Assembly (NCBI GenBank): GCA_041686025.1
Contig: JAWLEP010000004.1
Location: forward strand, 66,022-90,145
DNA: 24,124 bases
Reading direction: 5' to 3'
Origin: Candidatus Fermentibacteraceae bacterium
GTDB lineage: Bacteria > Fermentibacterota > Fermentibacteria > Fermentibacterales > JCC-6
The position numbers were made by a program, and so were the translations under genes. Shown one piece after another: positions 8,478 to 17,729 of the stretch; positions within the stretch are counted from its first letter, which is position 1; each line of letters starts with the position of its first letter. The notes under the pieces are model-generated. The model ran no database searches and was not told the origin of the DNA. It worked only from the letters and a program-made list of their open reading frames with translations.

Positions 8478-9541
8478 CCGTTCACCTCCGCCGTCCTCTC
8501 CGCCAGCTCCGTGAAACGCCGCCCCGACTCCTCCCAGCCGGGCAGCGACTCCGCCCGGCCCCGGGCGGCCCGCCCCATGGCCAGCCTCTCCTCCCGGTTA
8601 CGGGCCAGGCGGCGCAGGGCCGCGGTCATGGCCTCCACGTCACCGGGCTCCACCAGTATTCCGGCTCCGGAGTCGCCCACCACCTCCGGTGTGGCCCCGC
8701 CGGCGGTGGCCACCACCGGCAGCCCCATCCACATGGCCTCGGCCAGGGCGATGCCGTACCCCTCCCAGGAGGAGGCCTGGGCCAGTATGTCCGCCCGGGC
8801 GTACTCCCGGTAGAGGTCCTTCCGCTCCAGGTGGCCCGTGCGGCTTACCCTCTCCGAAAGCCCCAGCCCGGCCACCTCCCGGTCCAGCTCGGCCGCGTAC
8901 TCCGCGTCGGCCTCTCCCCCCACGATTGCCAGCCGGAAGTCCATGTCCCCCAGTCCGGCGCAGGCCCGGACCAGCTGGACCTGGGCCTTGCGGGGGCAGA
9001 CGGCGCCCACGGTGAGTATCCGCGGCGGACCGCTCCGGCCGCCGCGGCGGGGAAGGGGCTCCTCCGGCCTCTCGAATCCCGGCGGGATCACCGTGACGCT
9101 CTCCGGGGGAACGCCCAGGGCCTCCAGGTCGCCGGCGGTGGAGAGGCTGTTGGCCCACACGGCGTCGGCCCTCCGCAGCAGGCCGCGCACGGCCAGCCTC
9201 CTGGGAAGAGGGCCCCGCGAGAGGCCCCTGTCCCTCCACTCCAGGTGGTGGACGAGGTAGAGGAGGGGGGCCGGCGGCAGCCGGCGGGTCAGGACCAGGG
9301 GGAGCATCACCTTGTAGCTCTTGGATATCACGAGCAGGTCGGGCCGGACCCTCTGCAGCTCCCGGGCCACGTACCGGGCCCTGCCCAGGGGGCGGTCCCT
9401 CACCTCCGGCGGCAGCGTACGGTAGTGGAGGACGTCCACGCGGTGGCCCGCCTCCCGCAGGGCCTCCGCCATCCTGAAGTTGAAGACGTATCCGCCGGTG
9501 AGGACGTCCGTGTCCCCCACCATAAGGAAAGCCGCTCTCAT
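8474..9541 (-). CDS. GT4 (GT-B) glycosyltransferase
   Basis: ILTVGAVCPRK, EX7E motif WEGYGIALAEAMWMGLPVV, N-terminal GD...TGGY. Stop overlaps the aspartokinase start (ATGA). Confidence 0.92.
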   Translation of the reverse strand: MRAAFLMVGDTDVLTGGYVFNFRMAEALREAGHRVDVLHYRTLPPEVRDRPLGRARYVARELQRVRPDLLVISKSYKVMLPLVLTRRLPPAPLLYLVHHLEWRDRGLSRGPLPRRLAVRGLLRRADAVWANSLSTAGDLEALGVPPESVTVIPPGFERPEEPLPRRGGRSGPPRILTVGAVCPRKAQVQLVRACAGLGDMDFRLAIVGGEADAEYAAELDREVAGLGLSERVSRTGHLERKDLYREYARADILAQASSWEGYGIALAEAMWMGLPVVATAGGATPEVVGDSGAGILVEPGDVEAMTAALRRLARNREERLAMGRAARGRAESLPGWEESGRRFTELAERTAEVNG

Positions 9542-9673
9542 ACCCCTCGTCCGTTCCTCGGCCCTGCGCCCATGACCGGGCTAACATACTCGGCGGTGTC
9601 GGGGCCACAAAAGCCGGCTCCTTCGGAGCCGCCGCCGAAGCCCATATATTCGGTCTTCGACGGGGGGTGGAGA

Positions 9674-10948
9674 TTGCCGGACACCAAGGTCTGCATGGTG
9701 GTGAAGAACCAGCTCTGGAACGACGCCAGGGTGAAGAAGGAGGCCCTGGCCCTATCCAATGCCGGCTGCCGGGTCACCGTGGTTGCCAAGCCGGAGGCCG
9801 GGCGTCCGCCCCGGGAGGTCTGGCGCGGAGTAACCGTGCTGCGCCCCCCCAAGGACTCCCCCGCCAGGCAGGCGCTGAGGGAAAAGGTGGTCGGCGCCTC
9901 CGCCGAGGACGACGAGTCCCTGCGGGCGAGGCTGATCAGGGCCCTGAGGCGCAACCGTCTGCGGAGGGCGCTGACGGACGTCAAGCGCAGCGTCCCCTGG
10001 GAGCTGCGGCTGCTTGCCGCTGCGCTCTCGGTGCGGGCCGACGTGTACCACGCCCACGACCTGGACGCCCTGCTGGTGGGAGCCCTGGCCGCGGAAGCCC
10101 TGGGCGCCCGGCTGGTGTACGACGCCCACGAGCTGTGGCTGGAGTCCTCCCGCTACATGATATCCACCCCTCCCGCCCACCGGCTCCGCTACCGCCTCAC
10201 CGAGAGGCTGCTGCTCCCCCGGGCGGACGCCGTCATCGCCGTCACCCCCTCCCGGGGAAGGGCGATGCGGCGGATGTACCCCGACGCCATCCGCAGAATG
10301 GCCATTGTGGAGAACAGCACGCCCCGGCTGGAGACGCTTCCCGCACCCCGGGACCTCCGCGGCAGGCTGGGCATCCCCGAGGGGGCGTTCGTGGCGCTGT
10401 ACCAGGGCGTCATCTGCCCGGAACGGGGTCTGGAGCAGCTGCTGGAGGCCTCGGAGATGCTCCGGGGAAGCGGAGCCTACGTGGCCATCGTGGGCCACGA
10501 CGCCTGGCAGGGGACGCTGCCGCGGATGGCAGCGGAGATGGGGGTGGACGACATCGTCAGGTTCCATCCTCCGGTGCCCTCCGAGGAGCTCCCGGCCCTC
10601 ACCGTGGCGGCGGACGCCGGCCTCATCCTGTTCCGGAACACCTGCCTGAACCACTACTACTCGCTCCCCAACAAGCTCTACGAGTACATGATGGCCGGGA
10701 TTCCCATAGTAGCCAGCGACTTCCCGGAGATGGGCAGGATCATCGGAGAGGTGGGCTGCGGCCTTCTGGTGGACCCGGAGAGCCCGGCGGAGATTGCCCG
10801 GGCCATCGGCGGGCTGGCGGAGATGGACCCCGCGGAGAGGGGGGCCATGGGGCGCCGGGGGCGGACGGCGGCCCTGGACCGGCACAACTGGGAGGTCCAG
10901 CGCAGAAGGCTTCTGGACCTCTACGGGAACCTGACGGAAGGCCCATGA
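9674..10948 (+). CDS. GT4 glycosyltransferase
   Basis: DARVKKEA, DVYHAHD, LVYDAHE, YQG..CPERG, SLPNKLYEYMMAGIPIVAS. TTG at 9674 follows GGAG; ATG 9695 is an alternative start. Confidence 0.9.
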   Translation: MPDTKVCMVVKNQLWNDARVKKEALALSNAGCRVTVVAKPEAGRPPREVWRGVTVLRPPKDSPARQALREKVVGASAEDDESLRARLIRALRRNRLRRALTDVKRSVPWELRLLAAALSVRADVYHAHDLDALLVGALAAEALGARLVYDAHELWLESSRYMISTPPAHRLRYRLTERLLLPRADAVIAVTPSRGRAMRRMYPDAIRRMAIVENSTPRLETLPAPRDLRGRLGIPEGAFVALYQGVICPERGLEQLLEASEMLRGSGAYVAIVGHDAWQGTLPRMAAEMGVDDIVRFHPPVPSEELPALTVAADAGLILFRNTCLNHYYSLPNKLYEYMMAGIPIVASDFPEMGRIIGEVGCGLLVDPESPAEIARAIGGLAEMDPAERGAMGRRGRTAALDRHNWEVQRRRLLDLYGNLTEGP

Positions 10949-12255
10949 GAAGGCTGCTGCTGATCACCTACACGTTTCCGCCGCTGACCACGGGGGGGAC
11001 CCCGGTGGTCCTGAACCTCTCCCGATACCTGCCCCCTGCCGGATGGCAGCCGCTGGTGCTCACCGCCAGCAGGCCCAGGGGAATGCCCGTCTGCGGCCGG
11101 GGACAGCGGGGGCTGCTGCCCGCCGATACCGTGGTCCGGCGGGTGCCGGAGCCGCCCCTGCCGGGCTCCCGGGGAAGGGGCGGGCGGTCCGGAGGCGGGC
11201 GGGCCTCCGGCGGAGGGGCGCTGCGCAGGCACCTCCGAAGGTTCCTGGAGAGCTGGGTGCTGGTGCCCGACAGGCTGGCGGCCTGGAGATGGAGGCTGGT
11301 GCCCGAAGGTGTAAGGCTGGCCCGGGCAGGCCGGGCGGACGCGGTCATGTCCTTCGGCCCCCACCATTCCCTGCACCTTCACGCCCTGGCGGTGGCCTAC
11401 AGGATCGGACTGCCCTGCGTATGCTTCTTCGGCGATCTGTGGCTGCAGGACGCCTACGTCAGCTGGCCCTCCCGCGCCAACCGACGGATGGAGGCGGTGA
11501 TGGAGGCCCGCACGGTGGCCCGGGCCAGCGGCATAATCGCCACCACGGAGGGGTCGGCCGAGTACTTCCGCCAGACCTACGGCCCCCTGTGCCCGCCGCT
11601 GCACGTGGCCCCCAACGCCTACGACCCCCGGCGGGTCAGGCCCGCTCAATCCCCTCCGCCGCAGGGGGGGGAGATGTTGATAACGTACACCGGCAGCTTC
11701 TTCGCCAACCAGACCCCCCAGCACTTCCTGAGCGGTCTGAGGCTGTTCTCCGAGGCCCATCCCCACGCCGGGTTGCGGGTGAGGCTGGTGGGGGGCATGG
11801 AGCCGGCCTTCGCCGACCTGCACGTGAGGATGGGGCTGGAGGATATCGTGGATGCTCCCGGGCCGGTGGACTTCCGGGAGGTGCCCGGGCTGCAGGCGGA
11901 GTCGCACCTGCTCCTTACCATGGTTCCCCCGCTTCCAGGAGCAGGGCTTAAGTGCTCGTCCAAGCTGGCCGAGTACCTCCGGGTGGGCAGGCCGGTGATG
12001 GCGGTGGCGCCCCCGGGCGACATGACGGGGCTTGTGGAGAGGCTGGACGCAGGCTATACCTGCCAGCCCCGGCCCGCCGACGTGGCCGAATGCCTGCACA
12101 GGGCCTGGTCGGACTGGCGGGAGGGGAAGATGCAGGGCCCGGCGGACCCGGATGAGGTGGAGCGCCTGCTGGACGCCCGCCGGGTCATGGGCCGGATGGC
12201 CGATTTCCTGGACGGGGTGGCGGATGGCCGCCCGGGGGGGTGTGGGACGCGATGA
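10945..12255 (+). CDS. GT4-type glycosyltransferase
   Basis: LLLITYTFPP...GG, GDLW, PNAYD, ITYTGSF, SKLAEYL..GRPVMA. ATGA overlap with the upstream gene. Confidence 0.88.
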   Translation: MRRLLLITYTFPPLTTGGTPVVLNLSRYLPPAGWQPLVLTASRPRGMPVCGRGQRGLLPADTVVRRVPEPPLPGSRGRGGRSGGGRASGGGALRRHLRRFLESWVLVPDRLAAWRWRLVPEGVRLARAGRADAVMSFGPHHSLHLHALAVAYRIGLPCVCFFGDLWLQDAYVSWPSRANRRMEAVMEARTVARASGIIATTEGSAEYFRQTYGPLCPPLHVAPNAYDPRRVRPAQSPPPQGGEMLITYTGSFFANQTPQHFLSGLRLFSEAHPHAGLRVRLVGGMEPAFADLHVRMGLEDIVDAPGPVDFREVPGLQAESHLLLTMVPPLPGAGLKCSSKLAEYLRVGRPVMAVAPPGDMTGLVERLDAGYTCQPRPADVAECLHRAWSDWREGKMQGPADPDEVERLLDARRVMGRMADFLDGVADGRPGGCGTR

Positions 12256-13484
12256 GACCCGTCTACGTTCTCGATTTCCTGCCCACCTACGTCCTCAGGG
12301 AGCTGCGGGAGCTGGCCGCCGCCGGCTGCCGGCCGGTGGTGGTGATGCCCTCCGACTCGCCCCTGGCCGCCTGGTGGGATGGAATATCCGGCGCTGACGA
12401 AGGGGAGATGGAGCGGATTCCGCTGCCCTTCCGCAGCCTGATGAGCTGCGGGGCCCGCCCCCTGCTGGGCCGGTCGGCGTCCCCCCTGCTCCGGGCGCTG
12501 CTCCGGTCACCCCTGCGGACGCTCTCCCTGACCCGGCAGGCGCTGGAGACCGGCTGCTTCCGCTACCTGTGCGCCGGGGCCATGCTGGCGGAGAGCCTCC
12601 GCGAGACGGAGACCGACCTTCTCCACGCCCATTTCGCCCAGGATGCCGCCCACGTGGCCTCCTGGGCAGCCTCGCTGATGGGGCTGCCCTTCACCGTCAC
12701 CACCCACGCCCGGGACATCTTCGTCCCCCAGAGCGTCGACAGGCTGCGGCAGGTGCTGGATTCCGCAGACGCTGTGGTGACCATCTCGGAGTTCAACGCC
12801 GCATTCATCGAAGACCTGCTGGGGCCGGATGTCTCGGCGAAGACCAGGGTCATCCGTCTGGGAGTGGACGCCGCCTCGCTTCCCCCGCGGGCGGAGACCA
12901 CGGGCGGCGAGGTCTGCATAGCCAGCGGCCTGGCGGAGAAGAAGGGCGTGCACATCCTGCTGGAGGCGGCCAGGATGCTGCGCGAAAGGGGCCGCGAGCT
13001 GAGCTGCACCGTGATAGGGGGCGACAGTGACGGCCGCAGGCTGGACAGCTACAGGAGAGCGGTGGAGGGCGGACGTCTCAGCGGCATGCTGGATTTCCCC
13101 GGCGTGCTGGACTCGGAGGAGACCCTGAGCAGGCTGGCCTCCGCGTCCCTCTGCGTCCTGCCCGCCGTGCGGGCGCGGGACGGGGACATGGACGGAATAC
13201 CCGTGTGCCTGATGGAGGCGGCGGCCATGGGCGTGCCCATCGTCTCCGCCCGCCTCTCGGGCATTCCCGAGCTGGTGGTCCACGGAGAGACCGGCCTGCT
13301 GGCGGACCCGGGGGATCCGGGGTCACTGGCCGACAGCCTGCAGTGGGCGGCGGACCATCCCGCCGAGATGGAGCGCATGGCCGCCCGGGGCAGGAAGAGG
13401 GCGGCGGAGATGTTCGACTCCGCAGCCGGCGCCCGGGCGGTGCTTTCGATGATGGAGGAGACCGCCGGCCGGCGTGAGCCCTAG
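12252..13484 (+). CDS. GT4 glycosyltransferase (WcaL-like)
   Basis: LHAHFA, TTHARDIF, EKKG, DGDMDGIPVCLMEAAAMGVPIVS..LSGIPELV. ATGA overlap with the upstream gene. Confidence 0.92.
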   Translation: MRPVYVLDFLPTYVLRELRELAAAGCRPVVVMPSDSPLAAWWDGISGADEGEMERIPLPFRSLMSCGARPLLGRSASPLLRALLRSPLRTLSLTRQALETGCFRYLCAGAMLAESLRETETDLLHAHFAQDAAHVASWAASLMGLPFTVTTHARDIFVPQSVDRLRQVLDSADAVVTISEFNAAFIEDLLGPDVSAKTRVIRLGVDAASLPPRAETTGGEVCIASGLAEKKGVHILLEAARMLRERGRELSCTVIGGDSDGRRLDSYRRAVEGGRLSGMLDFPGVLDSEETLSRLASASLCVLPAVRARDGDMDGIPVCLMEAAAMGVPIVSARLSGIPELVVHGETGLLADPGDPGSLADSLQWAADHPAEMERMAARGRKRAAEMFDSAAGARAVLSMMEETAGRREP

Positions 13485-14002
13485 CGCCCGCTCCGAACGA
13501 AGCGGGTCACGTTCAGCTCCGTTCTGGAGGGGATGCCGGTCTTCACCAGCACCGAGGCTTCACCCAGCAGGCCCTCCAGACGGCTCCGCCTTCGACGGTA
13601 GTGGCGCCCCCCCGGCTCCGGGGAGGTGGACAGCAGACAGGCCCTGACCACGGCGGCGTCGGCGGCTTCCCGGCCCGGCGGGGGCAGCAGGTTCTCCACC
13701 ACTGCCAGGAGCTGCGACAGGCCCCGGGTTATGTTCCTGCCCTTCAGCTCCACGGCGCAGATGGAGGGCGGGCCCTCCCCGCGAAGGACCACCAGCAGGT
13801 CGCAGATGGGGCCCGAGCGTCTGCCCAGGGCGGATAGGGCGGCCCTTCGCGCAGCCTCGGTGGGATCCAGGGGGAGGATCCAGAAGCGCTCTCCGGCCAG
13901 GGGGCTGAGGCTTATGCCTATCCCGGTGTCGGGGTCCCGCCAGCGGTGGCCCTCGGCCGCCCGCTCCCCCAGGGCCGCAACCAGGCCGGCGGCGGTGGGC
14001 AG
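13481..14002 (-). CDS. Hypothetical protein with PD-(D/E)XK nuclease-like motif; probable CTG start
   Basis: The frame is open upstream of the tracked GTG (13792). Manual translation gives LPTAAGLVAALGER...GPICDLLVVLRGEGPPSICAVELKGRNITRGLSQL. GGAG lies 8 nt before CTG at 14002, just after the upstream gene's stop. Confidence 0.6.
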   Translation of the reverse strand: MPTAAGLVAALGERAAEGHRWRDPDTGIGISLSPLAGERFWILPLDPTEAARRAALSALGRRSGPICDLLVVLRGEGPPSICAVELKGRNITRGLSQLLAVVENLLPPPGREAADAAVVRACLLSTSPEPGGRHYRRRRSRLEGLLGEASVLVKTGIPSRTELNVTRFVRSGR

Positions 14003-14007
14003 GGGGC

Positions 14008-14535
14008 CTACTCCGGCTCCCCCCCGCCGGAGGCCAGCTGGCGATGGATGGATATCTTCATCTCCCGCATCAGGCGGCGCACCTCGTAGCGCTCCCGGGC
14101 CTCGCTGTTGTCCGACAGCAGACTGAGGGTGGAGTCGGCCTGGCTGAGGCGGTCGGCCAGCAGGCGGGCCAGGGTCCCCAGGATCCTGGCCGCCAGCAGG
14201 GGCTCTGCGTCGAAGGTCTCGCCGAAGGCCTCCCGCGAGAAGACCAGGAGCCTCCCCGGAGAGGCGGCCTTCACCTGGGCGGATCGGTTTCCGCCGCGCA
14301 GGAAGCCCATCTCGCCGAAAACGTCTCCCGAGGTGAGGGTTGCCAGGACGAAGCCCTCGCCCGCCGTGTCGCTCACCAGGAAGCGGCCCTCGTACACCAC
14401 GAAGAGCTCGGAGCCGCTGCCGCCCTGCTCCACCACGGTCTCTCCCTCGCGGACATCCCTTTCCTCGCAGACCTCTCTGAAACGGTTCTCTCCCAGGAAG
14501 TCCACTGCCTCGAAGACGCTGCCCTCAAGCGGCAT
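14008..14535 (-). CDS. Stand-alone cyclic-nucleotide-binding domain protein (no HTH)
   Basis: GETVVEQGGSGSELFVVYEG and phosphate-binding cassette FGEMGFLRGGNRSAQV, followed by a helical C-terminus. AAGGAGG RBS before ATG 14535. Confidence 0.88.
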   Translation of the reverse strand: MPLEGSVFEAVDFLGENRFREVCEERDVREGETVVEQGGSGSELFVVYEGRFLVSDTAGEGFVLATLTSGDVFGEMGFLRGGNRSAQVKAASPGRLLVFSREAFGETFDAEPLLAARILGTLARLLADRLSQADSTLSLLSDNSEARERYEVRRLMREMKISIHRQLASGGGEPE

Positions 14536-14791
14536 CCCAACCTCCTTCATTAAGCCCGGCTGGCGGAACCGGCCCAGCAAGGGCCATCGTCTCCGCCGTC
14601 CGTCCGGTGGCCGATGCATCAGCATCGCGGGGAACGAAGACTCTTCCCTGCACCTGCTAATACTCTTTGCTGGCCAGCTGCTGCGCAACCCCCCGCCGGA
14701 CATCCCGTCCGGACAGGCCCCGGGAGGCATTTTGCGAAGGTCCCGACAGCGGGGCTTTTCGCAGGGGCGGGGGGTTGTATATAGTCACGTT

Positions 14792-15853
14792 ATGAACCGT
14801 TTGAAATGCTACTGCATAGTCCTCGTCGCCCTGCTGCCGGGGTCAGCCTTCGGGCTGGTGACCGACACCATCGTTGCCGAGGACGTAACAACTTGCTGTG
14901 CAGTCTCTTCACGGACGGTTCTCTACGTCAGAGAAGACTCCATCATCGGCTTCAACCCCACTTCGGCCGAGCGTTTTGCATGGTCCATGGACTTCGATCC
15001 CGCCGAGACCGGCTGGGCCGGTACAGGTGCGGTGAGGAGGCTGGCCGCGGCCGGGGGCACCGTTGTGGTGTTCATCGAGCTTATACCCCCCGTGGAGGAG
15101 ATGTACGGTATGCCCATCCCGACCCCGGTGGGGGTGGTGGGCTGCGGCGCCGACGGAAGCGGCGCCCGGCTGCTGGGGCTGACCCGCGCCTCTGACGCCT
15201 ACGAGATAGAGGCGGTTCCCGGGGGCGGCTACATCACCGCCACCGGCATCAGCAGGTCCGTTCCCGACGCCGAGCACTACCTGGACTACGTAACCGGCGA
15301 GATGGCCCTGGAGCTCCTTCCGGAGAGCCACCTCATATCCACGGCCGACGGCTCCCGGTACAGCCTGCCGGGGCTGGACCTGGAAGGCGAGCACAGCTGG
15401 TGCCCCTACTCCCCCAGGGTGGTCCTTCAGCGGGAGAGCCCGGAGATCATGGTCCTGGACACCGAAGTGCCGCAGGTGGACAGCACCGTAGAGGTGGGCA
15501 GCGCCTACCCCGGCATAGACATAAGGGTGTGGGTGACGGTAGACGCCCTCACCGCCAGCTACCACGGCACCCGGGGCCTGCTGTTCATTGACGGCCGCTT
15601 CGCCCCCCTGCCCGACAACGGATGGACCGTCTACCGGTGGCTGGAGGACGACAGCTACATCTTCTCCCTGGACGGCGACGGCACGCTGCGCCACGGGACC
15701 ATCGACTGGAACACGCTCGAGACCGGGGAGGCCCCTCCCCAGACCGGCCTCGGCCCCTACCTGGACTCCGGCCTCCATCCCATTCCCGGGGCGCCCACCA
15801 GATTCATCCACCTGGGAGACGGCACCCTCACGCTGCTGGAGCTTGCGGGCTGA
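14792..15853 (+). CDS. Hypothetical secreted protein (beta-rich, possibly propeller-like)
   Basis: MNRLKCYCIVLVALLPGSAFG looks like a signal peptide. GC3-biased codons; acidic, short-strand pattern. Confidence 0.7.
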   Translation: MNRLKCYCIVLVALLPGSAFGLVTDTIVAEDVTTCCAVSSRTVLYVREDSIIGFNPTSAERFAWSMDFDPAETGWAGTGAVRRLAAAGGTVVVFIELIPPVEEMYGMPIPTPVGVVGCGADGSGARLLGLTRASDAYEIEAVPGGGYITATGISRSVPDAEHYLDYVTGEMALELLPESHLISTADGSRYSLPGLDLEGEHSWCPYSPRVVLQRESPEIMVLDTEVPQVDSTVEVGSAYPGIDIRVWVTVDALTASYHGTRGLLFIDGRFAPLPDNGWTVYRWLEDDSYIFSLDGDGTLRHGTIDWNTLETGEAPPQTGLGPYLDSGLHPIPGAPTRFIHLGDGTLTLLELAG

Positions 15854-15863
15854 AGGGCCGCTC

Positions 15864-15901
15864 TTTACGGGAGCATCACCGCTCTTATCTTAATTCGGTG
15901 A
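15864..15901 (+). promoter_or_regulatory. Putative promoter with inverted-repeat operator for the sulfur operon
   Basis: TTTACG (15864-15869), 16-nt spacer, TATCTT (15886-15891). TCACCG (15876-15881) and CGGTGA (15896-15901) flank the -10. Confidence 0.35.
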
Positions 15902-15935
15902 CACAGGTCCAGGCCCCTCGAAAGGCAGCCCTGCA

Positions 15936-17717
15936 TTGACGCCCGAGATTGCCCTGACGCTGGGAGTGCTGGGACTCACGGTGATACTCTTCGTCACCGA
16001 GCTCTTCCGGGTGGACGTAACCGCCATAATCGTCATGCTGATACTGCCCTGGCTGGGGCTGGTGGAGCCCCTGGAGGCCTTCTCCGGCTTCGCCAGCAAC
16101 GCGGTCATGTCCATGATCGCGGTGATGATAATGGGCTACGGCATAGACGCCTCCGGGGCCATGTCCAGGGTTGCGGCTCCCATCGTACGCGCCGCCAACG
16201 GCAGCGAGCCGCGCCTGCTGGGAATGGTGTCCGCCGCCGTGGGCCTGGTCTCGGCCTTCATGCAGAACATAGGTGCCACCATCCTCTTCCTCCCCGCCGT
16301 GAGGAGGATAGCCAGGCGCTCTCGCTTCAGCCTGTCGCGGCTGCTGATGCCCATGGGGTTCGCCGCCATTCTGGGAGGCACTCTGACCATGGTGGCCAGC
16401 GGGCCCATGATCATACTCAACGACCTCCTGAGGCAGCGGGGCGAGAGCCCCTTCGGCCTGTTCAGCGTCACCCCGGTGGGACTGGCCCTCCTGGCAGCCG
16501 GCATCGGCTACTTCCTTCTGGCCCGCCGCAGGCTGCTCCCCTCCGGTGAGCCCACCGACTCGGAGACCGAGGAACTGGTGGACCAATGGGACATTCCTAA
16601 CACAGTCAGAATCGTCGACGTCCCCCAGGGCAGCAGCCTGGTGGGCAAGTCCCTCGAGGAGGCCAGGATCTGGGCCCAACGAGGCATTCACCTCCTGGCC
16701 CAGGCCCGGGAGGGCGACGTGCTGTTCTCCCCCTGGCGGGGAACCGTCTTCCGGGCCGGTGACCGGTACGCCCTCATAGGCGAGAGCCAGTCCCTGGACG
16801 GCTTCATAGCCGATTACGGCCTGGAGGTGCAGAAGGGTCCCTCCGCGCTCGGGAAGCGGCTGGAGTCCGAGGACGCGGGTTTCGCAGAGGTGGTGGTAAG
16901 GCCCCATTCCTCCGTGGAGGGGAAGAGCATCAGGGAGATATCCATGCGGAAGAGGTTCGGGGTGGAGCCGCTGATCATCTGCTCCGGCGGCGAGGGCCAC
17001 CGGGGGGACATATCCGACCGCCCCCTTCGCGGCGGGGACACCCTGGCCGTTCACGGACCCTACTCCAGCATCGCCTCACTGGGCCGCAGCGGCGACTTCC
17101 TGCTGGCCAGCAGGGTTCCCGAGACCCGGAGCCTTCCCGACCGTCCTCTGCTGGCGGTGGGTCTGTTCGGTGTGGGCATCGCACTGGCCCTGCTGGGCTT
17201 CCGCCTCAGCGTCAGCCTGATGACGGCGGCGGTCGGCATGGTATTGCTGCGGGTGATCACCATAGACGAGGCCTACAGGGCGGTGGAGTGGAGGACCGTC
17301 TTCCTTCTGGCCGGCCTTCTTCCGCTGGGAATAGCCATGGACCGCAGCGGGGCGGCCTCCTGGCTGGCATCGGGGGCCGTATCCCTGGTGAGCGGGACCC
17401 ATCCCCTGGTGCTGATGGTGGCCATCGCTTTCCTGGCCACGCTGTTCACCCTGTTCATGTCCAACGTGGCGGCCACGGTCCTGCTGGCGCCGCTGGCCAT
17501 GCTGATGGCCCCGGACTGGAACGTGGACCCCCGGGCGCTGGCCATACTGGTGGCGGTCTGCGCCTCCAACTCCTTCGTCCTTCCCACCCACCAGGTCAAC
17601 GCCCTGCTGATGGCGCCGGGGGGCTACAAAAACGCCGATTACCTGAGAGCCGGCGGGGGCATGACGCTGCTGTTCGTGGCGGTGGCGGTCCCGCTGGTCT
17701 ACCTGATATTCGCATAG
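15936..17717 (+). CDS. SLC13/DASS-type anion permease with two TrkA-C (RCK_C) domains
   Basis: FSGFASNAV, SAFMQNIGA, LMPMGFAAILGGTLT, central soluble SSLVGKSLEE and SSVEGKSIRE repeats, FMSNVAATVLLAP, HQVNALLMAPGGYK..DYLRAG. Confidence 0.9.
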   Translation: MTPEIALTLGVLGLTVILFVTELFRVDVTAIIVMLILPWLGLVEPLEAFSGFASNAVMSMIAVMIMGYGIDASGAMSRVAAPIVRAANGSEPRLLGMVSAAVGLVSAFMQNIGATILFLPAVRRIARRSRFSLSRLLMPMGFAAILGGTLTMVASGPMIILNDLLRQRGESPFGLFSVTPVGLALLAAGIGYFLLARRRLLPSGEPTDSETEELVDQWDIPNTVRIVDVPQGSSLVGKSLEEARIWAQRGIHLLAQAREGDVLFSPWRGTVFRAGDRYALIGESQSLDGFIADYGLEVQKGPSALGKRLESEDAGFAEVVVRPHSSVEGKSIREISMRKRFGVEPLIICSGGEGHRGDISDRPLRGGDTLAVHGPYSSIASLGRSGDFLLASRVPETRSLPDRPLLAVGLFGVGIALALLGFRLSVSLMTAAVGMVLLRVITIDEAYRAVEWRTVFLLAGLLPLGIAMDRSGAASWLASGAVSLVSGTHPLVLMVAIAFLATLFTLFMSNVAATVLLAPLAMLMAPDWNVDPRALAILVAVCASNSFVLPTHQVNALLMAPGGYKNADYLRAGGGMTLLFVAVAVPLVYLIFA

Positions 17718-17729
17718 AAAGGAGAGGAG

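Noticed and set aside
8831..12255. Extended 705-aa and 862-aa glycosyltransferase ORFs as fusions
   Set aside because: The N-terminal extensions overlap other genes. The real starts are about 9674 and 10945 (ATGA coupling).
14108..14791. N-terminal extensions of ORF 14108-15853 (+) and ORF 14008-14730 (-)
   Set aside because: The signal peptide at 14792 and the RBS before 14535 define shorter genes with a divergent intergenic region.
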